Counted from the first letter of the stretch, positions 40,591 to 50,067 are shown. The stretch is 64,000 nucleotides of DNA from Candidatus Alistipes merdigallinarum (GCA_019119305.1 DWXH01000025.1:18681-82680), one strand, 5' to 3'. Translations and numbers: made by a program. The notes: generated by a model from the letters alone, not told the origin.

Positions 40591-41259
40591 ATGATGTTAA
40601 GGGATCAAATTATCGAAAAAACGACCGAACTGTTTGTTCATAACGGCGTGAAATCGATGCGGATGGATGATATCGCTTCTGAGCTGGGGATATCCAAGCG
40701 AACGATTTATGAGCAGTTCAGTGATCGAGAAAGTTTGATCGAAGCGTGCGCCCGTCATTTTTTTGAGATGAAAAACGCACATCATGAACAACGGGTAGCA
40801 GAGGCACATGATATTATCGAAGCATTTATTCTGTTGTTGGAGGATTGGGACGAGATGATGAAAACCGATATGAATTTCATGAAAGATCTGTCCCGTTTTT
40901 ATCCGGCTATTCATAAAAAGATTCATGAGGAGAATCATCGTCGGGGACGGGAACGTCTAAAATCTTCATTGCAGCAGGCGGTGGATGAAGGTCTTTTTAA
41001 ACCGGGCCTCAATTTGGATTTTACGGTGGTGGCTTTAATGGCCTCGATCAGTACGGTGTTTGCGAAGCCTTCGGTGTATGAGGAGGTAAAGGTGTCGATG
41101 CTCGATGCATTCAAATATATTACGATTCTCTTTTTCCGGGGGATATCAACACAAAAGGGGATAAGGCTGATCGATAATACCTACGGAAAATATTTTTCGA
41201 AAGAGCTGTTCAGCGATACTGATCAACACGATCCGGGTGTGAATCGGGTAGGTATCTGA
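40591..41259 (+). CDS. TetR/AcrR-family transcriptional regulator
   Basis: 222 aa. N-terminal HTH 'GVKSMRMDDIASELGISKRTIYEQF'. Confidence 0.88.
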   Translation: MMLRDQIIEKTTELFVHNGVKSMRMDDIASELGISKRTIYEQFSDRESLIEACARHFFEMKNAHHEQRVAEAHDIIEAFILLLEDWDEMMKTDMNFMKDLSRFYPAIHKKIHEENHRRGRERLKSSLQQAVDEGLFKPGLNLDFTVVALMASISTVFAKPSVYEEVKVSMLDAFKYITILFFRGISTQKGIRLIDNTYGKYFSKELFSDTDQHDPGVNRVGI

Positions 41260-41349
41260 TCCCTGTTTAAACCCTAAAAATAGGTATTTTATATAAGGTG
41301 TTCGGGGCATTACCTTTGAGGCATAACTCCGAAGACCCGTGAAATCGTA

Positions 41350-41357
41350 TATCTTTG
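41350..41357 (+). promoter_or_regulatory. -7 box TATCTTTG for the hemerythrin-LuxR pair
   Basis: 31 nt upstream of the ATG at 41388. Confidence 0.55.
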
Positions 41358-41387
41358 CAGTAAGAGTTTAATATCAAGAGGAGATTT

Positions 41388-42083
41388 ATGTATAGATTGG
41401 GAAAATACAATGCCGGCGACCGGATGAGCGATTTGGTGTGTGCAAACTATCCGATTTTGCTCGTAATGAGTCGTTTCGGTATCGCATTGGGATTCGGAGA
41501 TAAAACGATTGGGCAGGTTTGTGAAGAGAGTCGGGTCGATACGGATACCTTTTTGACGGTGGTCAACCTGTTACTCGAAGAGGATCATCCGGTCGGTGTC
41601 GGAGACTACGTTTTTTCGGTCGATGCTTTGGTTACCTATCTGCACAACTCCCATGACTATTTTCTGGGATTCAGACTGCCGGCGATCCGCAGTAAACTGG
41701 TTGAGGCGATCGACTCTCGGAGCGATGTCGCTCAGGCGATTCTCCGTTATTATGATCAGTATGTGGAGGAGGTAGAGAAACACATGAAGTATGAGGAGCG
41801 GGTTGTGTTCCCGTATGTCCGTGCATTGCTCGAAGGAGAGGATGACGGTGGATATAGTATCGAGATTTTCCGCAGCCGTCATGACCAGGTCGAGGCCCGA
41901 CTGAATGAACTGAAGAATATTATCATCAAGTATTATCCGGCCGATAGCGGCAATGAATTGAATAGCGTGTTGTTCGATATTTTCACTTGTGCGCAGGATT
42001 TGGCGTCGCACAACTATATCGAGGATTATCTGTTCGTGCCGAGTATCGTCGAGCTGGAGCGTCAAAAGAGAGGCGATCGATGA
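41388..42083 (+). CDS. Hemerythrin-like di-iron domain protein (RIC/ScdA-like architecture)
   Basis: 231 aa. His/Glu ligand-like spacing 'HNSHDYF', 'EKHMKYEE', 'RSRHDQVE', 'SHNYIEDYLF'. The N-terminal ~60 aa resemble the ScdA_N domain but lack its Cys pair. Confidence 0.65.
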   Translation: MYRLGKYNAGDRMSDLVCANYPILLVMSRFGIALGFGDKTIGQVCEESRVDTDTFLTVVNLLLEEDHPVGVGDYVFSVDALVTYLHNSHDYFLGFRLPAIRSKLVEAIDSRSDVAQAILRYYDQYVEEVEKHMKYEERVVFPYVRALLEGEDDGGYSIEIFRSRHDQVEARLNELKNIIIKYYPADSGNELNSVLFDIFTCAQDLASHNYIEDYLFVPSIVELERQKRGDR

Positions 42084-42694
42084 GCGTTGTCGTAAAAATA
42101 GCTGTAGTGGAACCCTCCGTGATCATTCGCAGCGGGTTGTTGGCTGTGTTGAAACGGTTGCCGGCTTTTGAGGCTGAGATCGTGGAGATTGCGGACCTCA
42201 CCCAGTTGATCTCGACGTTGAACTGGAGAAAGCCCGATGTTTTGATTGTCAACCCGGCTTTCTTGGGAGTTTTTTCGTTGCAGCAGGTCAAGAACGATTC
42301 GAAATGCAGGCAGATGCGCTGTATTGCGTTGCAGAACGGATCGATCGACAGCTCTGTACTACGGCCGTATGACGAGACGATCTCTATATACGATTCGGCC
42401 GAGCAGATTCGGGAAAAACTTTTTCGGTTGACGCACGATGCGGTACGGGAGGAGCCGAGGGCGGAGAGCCTCAGCGATCGGGAGAAAGAGATCGTGATCG
42501 GAGTGGTCAAGGGATTGACCAACAAGGAGATTGCCGACCATTTGTGCCTCTCTACGCATACGGTCATTACCCACCGGAGAAATATTGCGGCGAAACTTCA
42601 GATACACAGCCCGGCCGGTTTGACGATTTATGCCATTGTGAACAAACTGGTCGAATTGAACGAAGTGAAAGATACGATTCGTCGCAGTGAGTAG
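42080..42694 (+). CDS. LuxR/GerE-family regulator with degenerate (pseudo-)receiver domain
   Basis: 204 aa from the ATG at 42080, which overlaps the hemerythrin stop (ATGA). C-terminal HTH 'LSDREKEIVIGVVKGLTNKEIADHLCLSTHTVITHRRNI'. The N-terminal REC-like fold has 'VVEPS' and 'DVLIVNPAF' where DD and the phospho-Asp are expected. Confidence 0.75.
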   Translation: MSVVVKIAVVEPSVIIRSGLLAVLKRLPAFEAEIVEIADLTQLISTLNWRKPDVLIVNPAFLGVFSLQQVKNDSKCRQMRCIALQNGSIDSSVLRPYDETISIYDSAEQIREKLFRLTHDAVREEPRAESLSDREKEIVIGVVKGLTNKEIADHLCLSTHTVITHRRNIAAKLQIHSPAGLTIYAIVNKLVELNEVKDTIRRSE

Positions 42695-42751
42695 GAACCT
42701 TGCAGAGAGGGAATAAACGAAAAAACGATAGGTCAGGAAAAGGTTTTGAGC

Positions 42752-42798
42752 AAAGAGAAAGGAGATTGTTCGTCGAAGATCGATCTCCTTTCTCTTTT
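42752..42798. terminator. Bidirectional terminator between the LuxR gene and the convergent operon
   Basis: Perfect 15 bp stem AAAGAGAAAGGAGAT/ATCTCCTTTCTCTTT. Confidence 0.8.
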
Positions 42799-42839
42799 CG
42801 CTTGTCGGGTAGATGTTTGTAGCTGTTTTGTCGGAAATC

Positions 42840-43982
42840 TCAATAAGGCGCAAATGCCGTATCTCCGTTGCCGGTAATGGCGATGCACTCTGTCTCGATC
42901 AGCCATCCGGGACGGCATACCGGTGCGAGCACGATCACGTGCGGAATTTCGTTGAACCGTTCTTCGAAAAGCCGGGCTGCATAATTGTAGTCGGCTGGGT
43001 CCCTCAAGTAGACGATCATCTGCATCAGGTCGGAGCATGTTGCTCCGGCTTCGGCGAGCAGGGTCTCGATATTTTCGAGCATGCGTTCGGTTTGCCCTGC
43101 GATATTGCCCGGAGCGACGATTTCTCCCCTATTGTCGATACTTGCAGTTCCGGAGATGAAGATGTGGCTTCGGTCTCCATAAATCACTTTGGTGCCTCGT
43201 TCGAAAGTTACGCCGTATTCATACGTCGGGTTCAGGTGGGTAGATGCATAAAGGAATTGTTGTTGTCCGGGTTTCAGACCACGAACCGAATAGGCGTCGA
43301 ACAATACGCTGACTTGTGGGTCGGCATGTCGGCCTTCTATTCCCGTACTGGCGATGAAATGTGTTTGGGGAGTCAGTCCGTGGCGTTCGAAGAGTTCGCG
43401 GCGCGCTTTTACCACGCCTCCGTAGTTGACATCCACATTCTGGACAAAAAACCATGTCCGGATGCAATCGTTGTATAGTGTACAACCGGAGGCATATAGA
43501 TCGGTCACATATTTTCCCAGAATGGATAGGGTTTCGTCGTATGAGTTTTTTAAGGGGACGCACCGGCCTGCAGTCCAAATGTGACGGTAGCCGTTGGCGG
43601 AGGCGGTCGTCGTGTCGTAATCTCCCGACATATTTGCATCGGAACGTAGGTATACCCATAGTGCGATCTTGCTGCCGTCCATCGGAGCCTGTTGTACGAC
43701 GGAGGTGGCGCAATGCTTCGAAAGTAACGATTCGAGCAATGGAGCTTGGTTGGCTGCGTCGCTCAGAAAGAAGCGTCGGAACAGCGGAGTGACCTTTTCG
43801 CCCAAAAGGTCAGGCAGACGGTCAAAGGCTGTTGTCAGGTCCGACAGCTGATTTTCGAAAAGCGACTCTCTTCGGACAGCGTGCAGTATGACGTGGTATT
43901 CACAGCATCCTTGATCGGTTGCGAATCTGCGGGCTTCGATCCGGGTGCCGCTGTCGTATATCAGATGGTAGGAACAGTTCAT
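42840..43982 (-). CDS. Tandem RidA/YjgF-fold protein, FkbO/Hyg5 chorismatase-like
   Basis: 380 aa. The C-terminal block 'GTASID..GEIV..GNIAGQTERMLENIETLL...MIVYLRD...EIPHVIVLAPVCRPGWLIEIE-like' is RidA-type. The size and extra N-terminal domain fit the chorismatase family, but that assignment is from memory only. Confidence 0.5.
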   Translation of the reverse strand: MNCSYHLIYDSGTRIEARRFATDQGCCEYHVILHAVRRESLFENQLSDLTTAFDRLPDLLGEKVTPLFRRFFLSDAANQAPLLESLLSKHCATSVVQQAPMDGSKIALWVYLRSDANMSGDYDTTTASANGYRHIWTAGRCVPLKNSYDETLSILGKYVTDLYASGCTLYNDCIRTWFFVQNVDVNYGGVVKARRELFERHGLTPQTHFIASTGIEGRHADPQVSVLFDAYSVRGLKPGQQQFLYASTHLNPTYEYGVTFERGTKVIYGDRSHIFISGTASIDNRGEIVAPGNIAGQTERMLENIETLLAEAGATCSDLMQMIVYLRDPADYNYAARLFEERFNEIPHVIVLAPVCRPGWLIETECIAITGNGDTAFAPY

Positions 43983-44002
43983 GGTTTAACGGTTTTATGT
44001 GA

Positions 44003-44728
44003 TTAATTTTCGGGACACCCTTTCCCGATCCAGAAACGTAGCAGCTCAAGATCGTCGTTTCGTGTGATCAATCCCGTATGTGGGTAGGAGATGACGTCGC
44101 CTTGGGTCACAACGTCGAGCAGAAAACTGTTATCGGGTTCGTAGGGTACGACACGCGGTTTTTCGGATCGGGTGGAGGGGTGGTTGACCAGTTGTCGGTA
44201 GCTTTCCCCTTCGGTCAGCAAAAGATTCGCGGATCCGTTTGCCCCTTGATGGCACGAAACGCAGTTGTATTGTTGGAATACCAACTGCTGGATGCGGTTG
44301 TACTCGAGCAGGTCGATCTCCTGTCCGGGAAGGACGATGTCGCCCGAAGAGGAGCGATCGATCGGCTGGTCGAAAAATGTGTATTTGACCTGTCGGCCCA
44401 TGTCGGTAAAACAGAGCCGGATGTGGGTCGCCTCTTCCGGAATGTTTTCGAGCTTGATATCGATGTTCCCCTCATCGTCCGGACGAGGCAGGTTTACGGA
44501 TACCAGCGGTGAGCTTCCTGCATCGGTAAATGCCCCGAACGTAAAATTGTAGTCGTCGGGGTATAGTTCCGGATCGTTTAGCCGGAATGTGGCCGAGAGG
44601 GTGACACCCTCGTCGTGGATGTACTCCGATTCATGGATGTCGCCGCTGTCGCAAGAGGCAAAAAAACAGAACAGACCGGTTGACAGCAAGATGGAGATCG
44701 ATGGAAGTTTTCCGATGACACTGAGCAT
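44003..44728 (-). CDS. Lipoprotein with a single c-type haem-binding motif
   Basis: 241 aa. Lipobox 'FFASC' and a single CxxCH motif in 'YNCVSCHQG'. Confidence 0.55.
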   Translation of the reverse strand: MLSVIGKLPSISILLSTGLFCFFASCDSGDIHESEYIHDEGVTLSATFRLNDPELYPDDYNFTFGAFTDAGSSPLVSVNLPRPDDEGNIDIKLENIPEEATHIRLCFTDMGRQVKYTFFDQPIDRSSSGDIVLPGQEIDLLEYNRIQQLVFQQYNCVSCHQGANGSANLLLTEGESYRQLVNHPSTRSEKPRVVPYEPDNSFLLDVVTQGDVISYPHTGLITRNDDLELLRFWIGKGCPEN

Positions 44729-44740
44729 GGTTCTGTCGTT

Positions 44741-45982
44741 TTAAAATGAAAATTGCATCATGACAACGGCTCCGTGTTGGGCCAATCCCAAATCGTCGAG
44801 TTCTCGAGCATCTTGTGTCGCGTGCCCCCAGCGGCCGAGAAATTGGTACATGGCCTGTAATTTGAGGTTGTATCCCATGATGTAGTAGTTGAGGCCGACG
44901 GCCGGCATGTTCAGGAATCCGTCCATGCCCAGTGAGTTCCGGTCGAGGAAGTCCCAGCGTACGGCGGGCTGGAGCTTTTTCGATACGAAATAACCGGCCT
45001 GAACGTATCCGCCGATGTAGTTGTAATAGGCCCCGGAGCGTTGGCGTTCGACAAAATCGGAGTTGAGGAAGTAGGCTTCGGCCGAGAGGTAGAGTCTGTT
45101 TTTGAGGTAGGTGAACTCGAATCCAAGTCGAAAATCGTTGGTCGTTTGCCAGTTGGCCTCTACATTGTAGGAGGCCGAAAGGGCGAACATCAGTTTCTCG
45201 CTGTGCAGGTCGTCGATACGTCCCTGATGTCCCGGAATCGGTCCGTTCGGCATGTAGGCGATGCGTCCGGCGTAGAGCAGAGAGGGGATGCCCAGATCGT
45301 CGCTGAGGGTCTTTTGCGCCAGATTGACGTCGATGCCGGTCCCGTTGAAAATGCCGACGTTGTATTCCCATTTGCCGCCGAGCAAACCGTGCATCATGAC
45401 GCCCAGGTCAAATCCCGTAGCAAAAGTGGGCGGCGTCGAGTTGATACTCCGGTCCATGTAGAGCGACGTGGTGAGCGAAGTGGGAAGGGTCGGGAAGAGT
45501 GTTTCTCCCAAAGTGACCAGATAGGCCTGATTGAACGGCGTTTTGAATTTTCCGACCCGGAAGCGGAGCTGGTCTTTCAGGTTGACGTCTACCCAAGCCT
45601 GTTGCAGCAGCGAGGCTCCCGTTTTGGCGGCATTGATCGTCAGGTTGAAGGTCAGCTTGTTGAAAGCCCGCCCCGAGAACCCTAAGATGGCGTATGGGAT
45701 TTCGAATCCGCTGTTGGCGACATTGTCCTGGTCGTCAAGCCCCAACTGTTCGTCGTCATAATAGTTGAATTTTCCGGCAGTCTGCAACAGCACATAAGGC
45801 TTGAGCATGAATTCGCCGTTTTTGGTCTCGAACGAAAACCCTTTCCGTCCGGCCAGCGGAACGACATCGCTTTCGATGTATTTGTCTGCGTCATAGGGCT
45901 CCGGAACTATCGGAGATTCGGCAGCGGCGAAAAAAACGCTGCCAAGCATAAGAATCAAAGTCAGTAAAAATTTGTTTTTCAT
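44741..45982 (-). CDS. Outer-membrane porin, phosphate-selective porin O/P-like family
   Basis: 413 aa with a signal peptide, alternating beta-strand pattern, and C-terminal 'MMQFSF' beta-signal. Confidence 0.65.
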   Translation of the reverse strand: MKNKFLLTLILMLGSVFFAAAESPIVPEPYDADKYIESDVVPLAGRKGFSFETKNGEFMLKPYVLLQTAGKFNYYDDEQLGLDDQDNVANSGFEIPYAILGFSGRAFNKLTFNLTINAAKTGASLLQQAWVDVNLKDQLRFRVGKFKTPFNQAYLVTLGETLFPTLPTSLTTSLYMDRSINSTPPTFATGFDLGVMMHGLLGGKWEYNVGIFNGTGIDVNLAQKTLSDDLGIPSLLYAGRIAYMPNGPIPGHQGRIDDLHSEKLMFALSASYNVEANWQTTNDFRLGFEFTYLKNRLYLSAEAYFLNSDFVERQRSGAYYNYIGGYVQAGYFVSKKLQPAVRWDFLDRNSLGMDGFLNMPAVGLNYYIMGYNLKLQAMYQFLGRWGHATQDARELDDLGLAQHGAVVMMQFSF

Positions 45983-46003
45983 AAGATTTCGATCGGTGTT
46001 CGG

Positions 46004-47437
46004 TTACAATGATTCGAGAAAACGGATCAGGGCATCGCGTTCTTCCCGGGGCATGTTTTTGAAAATTTCACGCGAGACGGCTCCTTCGCCACCGTGCCAG
46101 AGAATCGCTTCTTTCAGGTTTCGGGCCCGCCCGTCGTGCAGGAAATAGGTGTGTTGGTTGACTTTGTATTGCAACCCGATCCCCCAGAGCGGTGTAGTGC
46201 GCCATTCGCAGCCCATGGCGAGTCCGGAGGTGTAGTGGCTGTCCAGTTCCGGCCCCATGTCGTGCAGCAGGAAGTCGCTGTACGGGTGGATTGTCTGGCT
46301 GGCGAGCCATGGCAGACGCGTCCCGTTGATCAGCGAGGGTGCGTCTTGGCGCGTGTGCAGCGTGGGGACATGACAGAGGTCGCATCGGGCTTTATAAAAG
46401 GCCTGTTCCCCCTGTTTTACAACAGGGTCGTTGACATCCCTGCGGGCGGGAACTCCCAAAGCGTGCAGGTAAAAATCGACATGCTCCATGTCCTGGGTCG
46501 AAATCTGGATGCCGTAGTGGCTGTATCCGATCATCTGCGACTGTCCTTCGGCCACCTCCAGCGGATAGCGGTCGTTGGTGACCCCCATGTCGGATGAAAA
46601 TCCCAGTTCGATGGTCAGGTCGGCATGCTGTGCTTTATTTCCTGAGATGCCGATATAGGTCTTTCCCCGTTCCTGAATGTAGTTGAGCCGTCCCGAAATA
46701 CCGTATTCGGGGTAGTTGCTTCGGCGAGCCAGCTCTTCGAGTTCCGTCGGATCGAGTGCCATCATCTGCCCCATGCCGACATGCCGCAACGGGATGCGGA
46801 CGTCGATGATCAGATCTTCCGGAGCGATGTCGTCTGCATACCACTCGGAGATCGTGTAGGTCGGTGTGAGCAGTGAATACTCCTCCCCGTCGGGAAAAGT
46901 CAGGAACTCTTCGGAGTAGGTGACGCTCAATTTCCCTTCGGGCTCTACGCCTGTAATGGCTTGGTCGTGGAGGACACGTCCGTAGTTGCGGAAAAAGCTG
47001 CCGTTCTTTTTGGTGATGTAGATCAGGTGGGAAGAAAATCCTCCCGTTCCGGTTCCGCCTTGCGAATAGAGTGTCGGGAAACTGCGCCCTGCATTCGAGT
47101 GGCAGCTCCCGCACGAAGAACCGGCATAGAGCGGACCTTTCCCTCCCTGATTCGGGTCGTCGCCGCTGACCCGCGGGTTGTCGTACAAGGCGTCTCCTTG
47201 GTAGAACCGTGTGCTCAGGTTTCCTTGCACCCAGTCGGCCGGGGTGTCGTATGCCGTGACTCCTGTCGCGAAGATGGTCGATGAGCCGGCTGAGAGTTCG
47301 GCCGGATCGGCTGCATCTCCGTATTGGTTGAGGATGGGGCTCTCTTCCTGCTTGTCACAAGCGATACATGTGACGGTACTCAAGAGTACCGTCACATGAA
47401 GGATCCGCTTTGTTAATAGATATGAAAAAACGTTCAT
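46004..47437 (-). CDS. Di-haem cytochrome c peroxidase-like protein (DUF1111 family)
   Basis: 477 aa. Two CxxCH motifs, in 'SSCGSCHSN' and 'ARCDLCHVP'. The size and the adjacent imelysin gene are typical of DUF1111. Confidence 0.75.
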   Translation of the reverse strand: MNVFSYLLTKRILHVTVLLSTVTCIACDKQEESPILNQYGDAADPAELSAGSSTIFATGVTAYDTPADWVQGNLSTRFYQGDALYDNPRVSGDDPNQGGKGPLYAGSSCGSCHSNAGRSFPTLYSQGGTGTGGFSSHLIYITKKNGSFFRNYGRVLHDQAITGVEPEGKLSVTYSEEFLTFPDGEEYSLLTPTYTISEWYADDIAPEDLIIDVRIPLRHVGMGQMMALDPTELEELARRSNYPEYGISGRLNYIQERGKTYIGISGNKAQHADLTIELGFSSDMGVTNDRYPLEVAEGQSQMIGYSHYGIQISTQDMEHVDFYLHALGVPARRDVNDPVVKQGEQAFYKARCDLCHVPTLHTRQDAPSLINGTRLPWLASQTIHPYSDFLLHDMGPELDSHYTSGLAMGCEWRTTPLWGIGLQYKVNQHTYFLHDGRARNLKEAILWHGGEGAVSREIFKNMPREERDALIRFLESL

Positions 47438-47482
47438 ACGAATCCGGTTTGAAACTCAATGACTGTATCTTTTGCGTCGGGT

Positions 47483-48697
47483 TTATTTACTGCGTACGGT
47501 TCGGTTGTTCCCGTCTTTGAACAGCAACAGCTCGATGGTGTGGAAACCGCGGACCGATTCGCTGCCGATCGCCCCGATGTAGTCTTCGACGGTAGAGAGT
47601 TTGGAGTCGGTAATCATCGTTGCGATGTCCTCCTGATCCAGCGGCCAACTATCGAGCGATGGGTCGAGCCCGAGTCCCTCCTCCTCTCCGGCAGGACCGA
47701 ACAGTACGGCTTCGCTCTCTTCCCAGGGTACGCGTACCTCCCGCCAGGCGGCACAAGCGGCATCGAGCTTGCCTTGGTTCATCGGATCGGCTTGGAAGGC
47801 TGTTATGGCCTTGTAGAGCGCCCACGCTTTCGTTTTCATGTCCTTATAGGTGGGAACAACGACCTGATCGGCATACTGGGTCAGGATGGCAGTGAAGTCG
47901 TAATCCCCAGTCTCTTTAAACTTGCCCAACGCCTCGTTCTCGAAGAGTTGCGTGAGTGTCGCACAGGCCTCGATGGCGGCATCAACCTTGCTCCCCGTAA
48001 GGTTGTTCCGGAAAGGAGATTGCATGCTCGTGATGGCGTAATACGTGTCGTCGATGGCTTGGGTGATTTTGGTGTCCAGCTCCGGATCGACACTCTTTAT
48101 ATAAGCCGAGATACTGTTCCCTGATGCTGCGTCCGATATACTGCCCAGACGTCCGGCGTAGCCGTTCTTGATGCTGATGATGTTGTCCGAGTAGTCCTTG
48201 ATCGAATTCCAGCTGTACCACGACTCCACCTGAAGTACGGCAGCTGCCGTATTACCCTGTTTGGCCAGTGCGTTCGGTGTGCCGATTTTCGATGTGCCTA
48301 CCTCGTTGGCGATATTGGCCATGCCGTCGACCAGAATCGTCCGGATTGCGTCGACACCGCTGGTGAAGGCCCGATTGCCGGCTTCGGCGGTTCTCATGTA
48401 TTCGGCATAACCGTTCGAGCCGACCATTGTGTTTTTGGTGAAAAAGTCGCGTCCGATGCGCTCCCAGTCTTCGTCCGGAATACCGGTCGGACCATTCCAT
48501 GAGGCCCACAGGGCAATACAGTCGTCGAGCAGTTCGGATGAAGCGGCAACCGTGTAGTTGATCCATTCGGTCGTCATGGAGTAATCTTCGAGTTTGTCGG
48601 CCTGGCTTTTCGGGGTGTCGTTACCGTCGTTTTTGCTGCAGGCCGACAGCATGACTGTGCAGACCATAAGGGCTGTGGAAAAAACTCTTTTTTTCAT
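47483..48697 (-). CDS. Imelysin-family (Peptidase_M75-like) lipoprotein
   Basis: 404 aa. Lipobox 'MLSAC' and a C-terminal 'VRGFHTIELLLF' GxHxxE motif characteristic of imelysin/EfeO-like proteins. Confidence 0.75.
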   Translation of the reverse strand: MKKRVFSTALMVCTVMLSACSKNDGNDTPKSQADKLEDYSMTTEWINYTVAASSELLDDCIALWASWNGPTGIPDEDWERIGRDFFTKNTMVGSNGYAEYMRTAEAGNRAFTSGVDAIRTILVDGMANIANEVGTSKIGTPNALAKQGNTAAAVLQVESWYSWNSIKDYSDNIISIKNGYAGRLGSISDAASGNSISAYIKSVDPELDTKITQAIDDTYYAITSMQSPFRNNLTGSKVDAAIEACATLTQLFENEALGKFKETGDYDFTAILTQYADQVVVPTYKDMKTKAWALYKAITAFQADPMNQGKLDAACAAWREVRVPWEESEAVLFGPAGEEEGLGLDPSLDSWPLDQEDIATMITDSKLSTVEDYIGAIGSESVRGFHTIELLLFKDGNNRTVRSK

Positions 48698-48740
48698 AAT
48701 GTACTATTAAAGATTTGTTATTTATATTGTTTTATGTTCG

Positions 48741-50039
48741 TTATTTCGAGAAAAACCATCCGGTGTAGGCCAAAGTCACGCCGAAAGTGTCTTCGCTGTT
48801 ATAGGTGTTGCCTCCGATCCGGCGGTGCGAATAGTCGAATTTGAGCACCAGGGAGGAAAGCAGATAGTAGTTGAGACCCACGGTGATCAGGTCGCGTTTG
48901 TATCGGGGAAGTTTCTGTGCGCCCGATGCGATCTGTTGTCCGGTGTTGTAGTATTCGTACCGGATGAAGGGGAACAGCCGCTCTTTGGTGTTGAAAAACG
49001 AGAGGATATTGTATCCGACTTCGGCGCCGTAGGCCATGGCTGCTTTGCCGAATGGGGTGATCGGATATCCGGTGCTGTTGAAATATTTCCGGTTGATGTC
49101 GTAGATCTCTTTGGAGTCGGTTATCGTTCCGTAGATGAAGTTTGCCCGGGCAATCAGGTTACGGCTCATGTATTGGGCGTCGAACGATCCGATCGTTACG
49201 GTACCTTTGACTCCGGCCATTGCATAGGGCTTGGAGGAGTTCTTGGCGGTATTCCCGTAGTATCCCGAAGCGGCGAGACGCAGGTTGCGGACTCCGCTGT
49301 ATTCGAGTCGTGCAGCAACGGCCGGATTGGTGAATGTCGATTTTTCGAAAATCTTTTGCCGTCCGCTTCCGATCCAGTTTTCGGACGAAAAACCGTTGGG
49401 ATCGAGCCCGCTGACCAGCATCGCTTCGTACCGGAAGTTGTTGAAGTAGCCTAAAAAGGCGATACCCGTTTCGTGCCATGTGGAGGGCAGGATTGTCGTT
49501 TCGCTTTCGGGCCGGACGGTGCCGAAATAGAGGTTGGGTTCGTGGTGTGAATTGGTCAGTCCTACCGGTACGATCATGTGCCCGATACGGACGTTGAAGG
49601 CATTGACGATGCGCTTGGTGATGTGCAGCTGTTCCAATGCGACCTCACCGCCCTTTTCGATTTCGGATTCGATCTCGCCGCCCTCTTTGTTGTATTCGAT
49701 GTCCATGGCGGCTCCCGTCCCTCCGTATTCGAATTCGATCTCCGAACCTAAATAGTAGTTACGTCCGAGATGGTAATCGAACGCGAATACGGCGCGGGGT
49801 AACGAAATCTCGGCCCGACTGTCTCTCGTAGCTCCGGAGGGATTGGTGTATCGGTCCGTCCCGTAGTTCATATGTTGGAACAGGATCTCTCCGTAACCTC
49901 CGAACCGGTATTTTTTAAAATTCCATTCATAAGGTGTTTTTTCTGTTTTGAGTGAATCTGTCTCCGTGTTCCGTGCCGTTGCCGGTCCGGCAATCGTACA
50001 GCACGTACATGTAAATAAAATAGAGTAGATAGTTTTCAT
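48741..50039 (-). CDS. Predicted outer-membrane beta-barrel protein (first gene of the imelysin operon)
   Basis: 432 aa from the ATG at 50039 ('MKTIYSILF...' signal peptide), with an aromatic-rich alternating pattern. The ORF-track N-terminal extension was rejected on promoter position. Confidence 0.55.
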   Translation of the reverse strand: MKTIYSILFTCTCCTIAGPATARNTETDSLKTEKTPYEWNFKKYRFGGYGEILFQHMNYGTDRYTNPSGATRDSRAEISLPRAVFAFDYHLGRNYYLGSEIEFEYGGTGAAMDIEYNKEGGEIESEIEKGGEVALEQLHITKRIVNAFNVRIGHMIVPVGLTNSHHEPNLYFGTVRPESETTILPSTWHETGIAFLGYFNNFRYEAMLVSGLDPNGFSSENWIGSGRQKIFEKSTFTNPAVAARLEYSGVRNLRLAASGYYGNTAKNSSKPYAMAGVKGTVTIGSFDAQYMSRNLIARANFIYGTITDSKEIYDINRKYFNSTGYPITPFGKAAMAYGAEVGYNILSFFNTKERLFPFIRYEYYNTGQQIASGAQKLPRYKRDLITVGLNYYLLSSLVLKFDYSHRRIGGNTYNSEDTFGVTLAYTGWFFSK

Positions 50040-50059
50040 TTTCAATGATTTTGACGTTG

Positions 50060-50067
50060 CAAAGTTA
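50060..50067 (-). promoter_or_regulatory. -7 box TAACTTTG (minus strand) for the imelysin operon
   Basis: Plus-strand CAAAGTTA, 21 nt upstream of the ATG at 50039. Confidence 0.55.
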
